From assembly GCA_943704425.1 (NCBI GenBank), contig CALSCP010002411.1:1-64000 (forward strand): 64,000 nucleotides of DNA, read 5' to 3'. Under the pieces are notes generated by a model, which was not told the origin of the DNA, made no database searches, and saw only the letters and a program-made list of their open reading frames with translations. Shown piece by piece: positions 60,882 through 64,000 of this stretch; the first letter of the stretch is position 1, and every line of letters begins with the position of its first letter. The position numbers were made by a program, and so were the translations under genes. The stretch comes from Ministeria vibrans ATCC 50519. Its lineage: Eukaryota; Protista; Filasterea.

Positions 60882-61325
60882 CTTACAAAACTAAATTTAT
60901 GGTACTACTATTCAGTTCTGCTTATTTTGATGCAGTGCTTGCTTTAAACACGTCCAGGGATGTCTCCACTCTTCATACCCAATTTACCTCATAATGAAAA
61001 AGAAGGAGAAGTGTATGTATGAGTGTTGGCCATATTGAGCGACCTCGTCTACATCAAAAAAGTCGCACTCACTACCTCATATAATATGACGGAATGCTAG
61101 CGTTAAACGTACGTGGGAAAAAAAACTGCTCTGCGATCTCGCGTGTGCCAAGGCTAAGAGGAAACTGATCGATAATGTAGTAGTGACTGCATGTTGGCTC
61201 TATGATCATTTTTTGTTTCATTCAATTATTTCTTCTTACACACAATAAAACCAATTTTGTCACTCTCATTTCTGATGCTATAAAACGGATTCACGCACGC
61301 GCACTCTCTTTTTCTCTCTGTTTGT

Positions 61326-64000
61326 CTATGCTTCAATGGGGAGGGCATTCTGAGCTACCAATTGCGGGTTGATGGTGACTGTCTTGGTGCAGTTGTCCGT
61401 CTTATAGATGCCAATCAGACGGTCAGCAAGCTCAAACATGTTCGAGCGCAAACTACGTGTCGTAAAATATAATGATGGTTTAGAAGACCAGAAGTGAAAT
61501 GTAATGCTATTCCACATACCTGATGATGATAAACTGGGCATTCTTGGTGCGCTCCTTGATGTAGTTTGCCACAATAGAGACGTTCTTGAAGTCGAGCGCC
61601 GCGTCAATCTCGTCCATGACGTACAGTGGCGTCGGCTTGAAGTGGTGCAGCGCAAAGACAAGCGCCAGCGACGCGAGTGTCTTCTCGCCACCGCTTAGGT
61701 TTGAGATGTTCTTCCATGTCTTCTTGTGCGGGCGCACACTAAACACAATGCCTTCGGAAAAGGGATCGTGCGAGTCGACCAGTTCGAGCTCAGCGTCACC
61801 CCCAAGCGTGATCATTTGATACATCTCCTTGAGCTTGAGCGTGATGGCACTAAAGCCCGACATAAACTCGTTCAGTCGTGTCTTAATCAGCGTCTCGTGT
61901 TCGCCGCGCAGAGTGTCCCTGTTGTAAAATAAAATGTAAGTCAAATTATACAATGTGGTGGTGTGAGTACCTCTCGGCCGTGACCGCGTCGAGCTCGGCC
62001 ACTCGCGTGAGGTACTCCTCCTCCTTCTTGCGGTACTCCTTGATGGCACCCACGTTGGGTCGCATGCTCTTAATCTTCTCCTCGATCAGTGTCATCTGGT
62101 ACTTGATGTCCTCGTGCTTCAGACGCTTTGCCTCCTCTGCCGTCACCATTGGCAATCCCTTCGCCGTCTTCTTTTTCGTCTTCTTCTGTGACTCGCCCTC
62201 CTCGCTCTCGTCCATCTCATCCTGGTCTTTGTCCTCCTCCTCCTCCTCCTCGTTGTCTTCCTCTTCCTCCTCGTTGTCGTCCTCCAGCTCGTGCAACTCG
62301 AGACCCGCCAACTCCTTGGCACACTGACGGAGTCTTCCTTCGCAGTCCTTGATAGTTGTGGCAAGTCGCTCCACCTCGTTGGCAAGGTCCACTTCCTTGG
62401 TGCGTGCTGCCTCAAAGGCCTTCTTGGATGCCTCAAGCTGTTCGCGCAGCGCCACAACCGCCTGCGATTTGGCCTTCATGAGTTCGCTCGCCTCGGTACA
62501 CGCGTCGTTCGCCTTGATTGCCTTGTCCACAAGCTCGTCCAGCTCCGTCTTGTACGCCCCAATGTTTTGAGACACCTTCTCGAGCTCCTGCTCCAGTAGC
62601 GTCACCTTCGTCTGTGCCTTTTGCAGGTTGCGCTGTGCCGTCTTAAACTCGACTGCACCGCGCGTGTGTTCCTTCGTCTCCAGCTCGAGCTTCTCCTTGA
62701 GCAAGTCCACCTTGGACTTTTGGGCGCGCAGGCGCACACCACCCACCGACATGATCTGCTCCTGGACAGTTTTGATCTCCGCATCAAAGCGACTCGCCTC
62801 CTGCTGCGCCGCCTGTAGTGCCTTGGTGTGAACCGTCAACTGCTCCTCAAGTTCCGTAGCGCGCTTGTCGTCTGCTGCCGACAGTCCCGAGGCAGATTCA
62901 ACCTCGAGCTGTGCCAACGCCTTGTTCAGGTCGGCGTGTTGCTGTGTCGCCGACTGCACGCCTACCTTGGCCTTGTCGACACTGGTAGCGGCAACGTCGG
63001 CGGCGCGTTGCAGGCTGTCCACTCGTTGAACAAGAGACTCGATGCGCTTGCGCAGCGCGTGCAGCTCGGACGCCGCCGCGCATGCCTCCGCCTCGAGTCG
63101 CTTCAAGTCGCTGGGTGTTACCGTCTCGGATTCAAGCGCCGCCGCACCACCTTTTCCGCTCTTGCCCTGACGCACAGCCGCCGACATACTCATCAGCTTC
63201 ATGCCGCCACGCGACACCTTGGAGCCACCGCCGGCCATGGTACCCGACGCATCAATGAGTTGACCTGTGAGCGTGACGACACGCTGACGACGAGCACCTG
63301 CAAAAGCAATGCGCGTTGCCTGTTCGAGGTCTTTGGCAACCAGCGTGTCGCGCAGCGCAAAGTAGAAGGCGGCGCGGAAGGTCTCGTCGTGGGTCACCAA
63401 GTCAAAGAGACGGCTTACGCCCGCCTCGGGTGCGTCAAAAGGCACACGCGAGCGCTTGACAAAACCCGCATCCAGCTGGTTGAGAATGATAAAGGTCGCA
63501 CGACCGGTGCCCGTGCGTTTCAGATGCTCGAGGCAAATCTGAGCATCCTCGGTGGTGTCCACAACAATGTGGTTGAGTGCACTGCACGCCGTGCTCACTG
63601 CAACGTCGTACTTGTCGTTGATGAGACCCAGGTCGCCGAGGCGTCCGTGCATGCCGCGCACCTTGCCCTGCTTGGCAAGCTGCTTAAGCGAGTCGAGCAC
63701 GGCACTCGTAGACCTGGCCGCCTGCATAAGCGTGCGACCCTCCTCGACAGCACTGCGAGCCACACGCACCCGTTCGACGAGGGCCGGCTCAAGCGCACGC
63801 GCCTCCTTGAGCTCAGCGACTGCCTTTTCGAGGTCCTCCTTGGCCGTGGCGTGCTTCTGGGCAAACCTGGTCACATTCGCCTCGCCTGCCGTCATCTTCT
63901 CCGCGCACTTGGCCAGTTCGGTACGTGCCGCCTCAACCTTGGCCGCACACTGAAGCGCCTTGCTGCGAATCACTTCAAGCTCCGAGCTAGCCAGCTGAAG
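61326..64000 (-). CDS. SMC4: Condensin subunit SMC4, hinge to C-terminal head; 5' end outside window
   Basis: Hinge GRLGDLG..KYDVAVSTAC, GRATFI, VTLTGQLIDASGTMAGGG; KEMYQMITLGGDAELELVDS; LSGGEKTL; YVMDEIDAALD; SLRSNMFELA. Confidence 0.97.

Noticed and set aside
60882-61325. Hidden gene between the convergent sulfatase and SMC4
   Set aside because: No ORF, splice pattern or RNA motif; compatible with two 3'UTRs.

Overview
Gene-dense eukaryotic DNA with short GT-AG introns, many of them filled with (CA)n, (CT)n or poly-T tracts, AT-rich intergenic gaps of about 50-400 bp, and many head-to-head gene pairs. About 34 protein-coding genes or gene fragments can be read. The gene set combines animal-type signalling and cytoskeletal genes (NF-kB, ADAM10/17-like, RABGAP1, Arpin, ARSK, a RIPOR/FAM65-like gene, a claudin/LHFPL-superfamily tetraspan) with flagellar genes (ZMYND10, C22orf15-like). 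This points to a flagellated unicellular holozoan (choanoflagellate, filasterean or pluriformean); the taxon is an inference. Highlights: (1) a complete p105/p100-type NF-kB (RHD-NLS-glycine-rich region-ankyrin repeats) with a perfect palindromic kB site inside its own first exon; (2) a claudin/LHFPL-like four-TM protein with a roughly 1200-aa cytoplasmic N-terminus holding four RPxSNMSxYDD[IV]P motifs and a claudin-like -DDFV tail; (3) an orphan protein made of two copies of a roughly 270-aa domain with a near-invariant GERTYDPAGxSGDPHASERIGGDCF motif; (4) a bacterial-type polyol dehydrogenase that has gained introns and a presequence. At six to seven homopolymer or microsatellite tracts, genes on one or both sides are cut off in mid-intron. 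These are most likely assembly misjoins, so gene order across them is unreliable. Family assignments rest on remembered sequence motifs; no searches were run.
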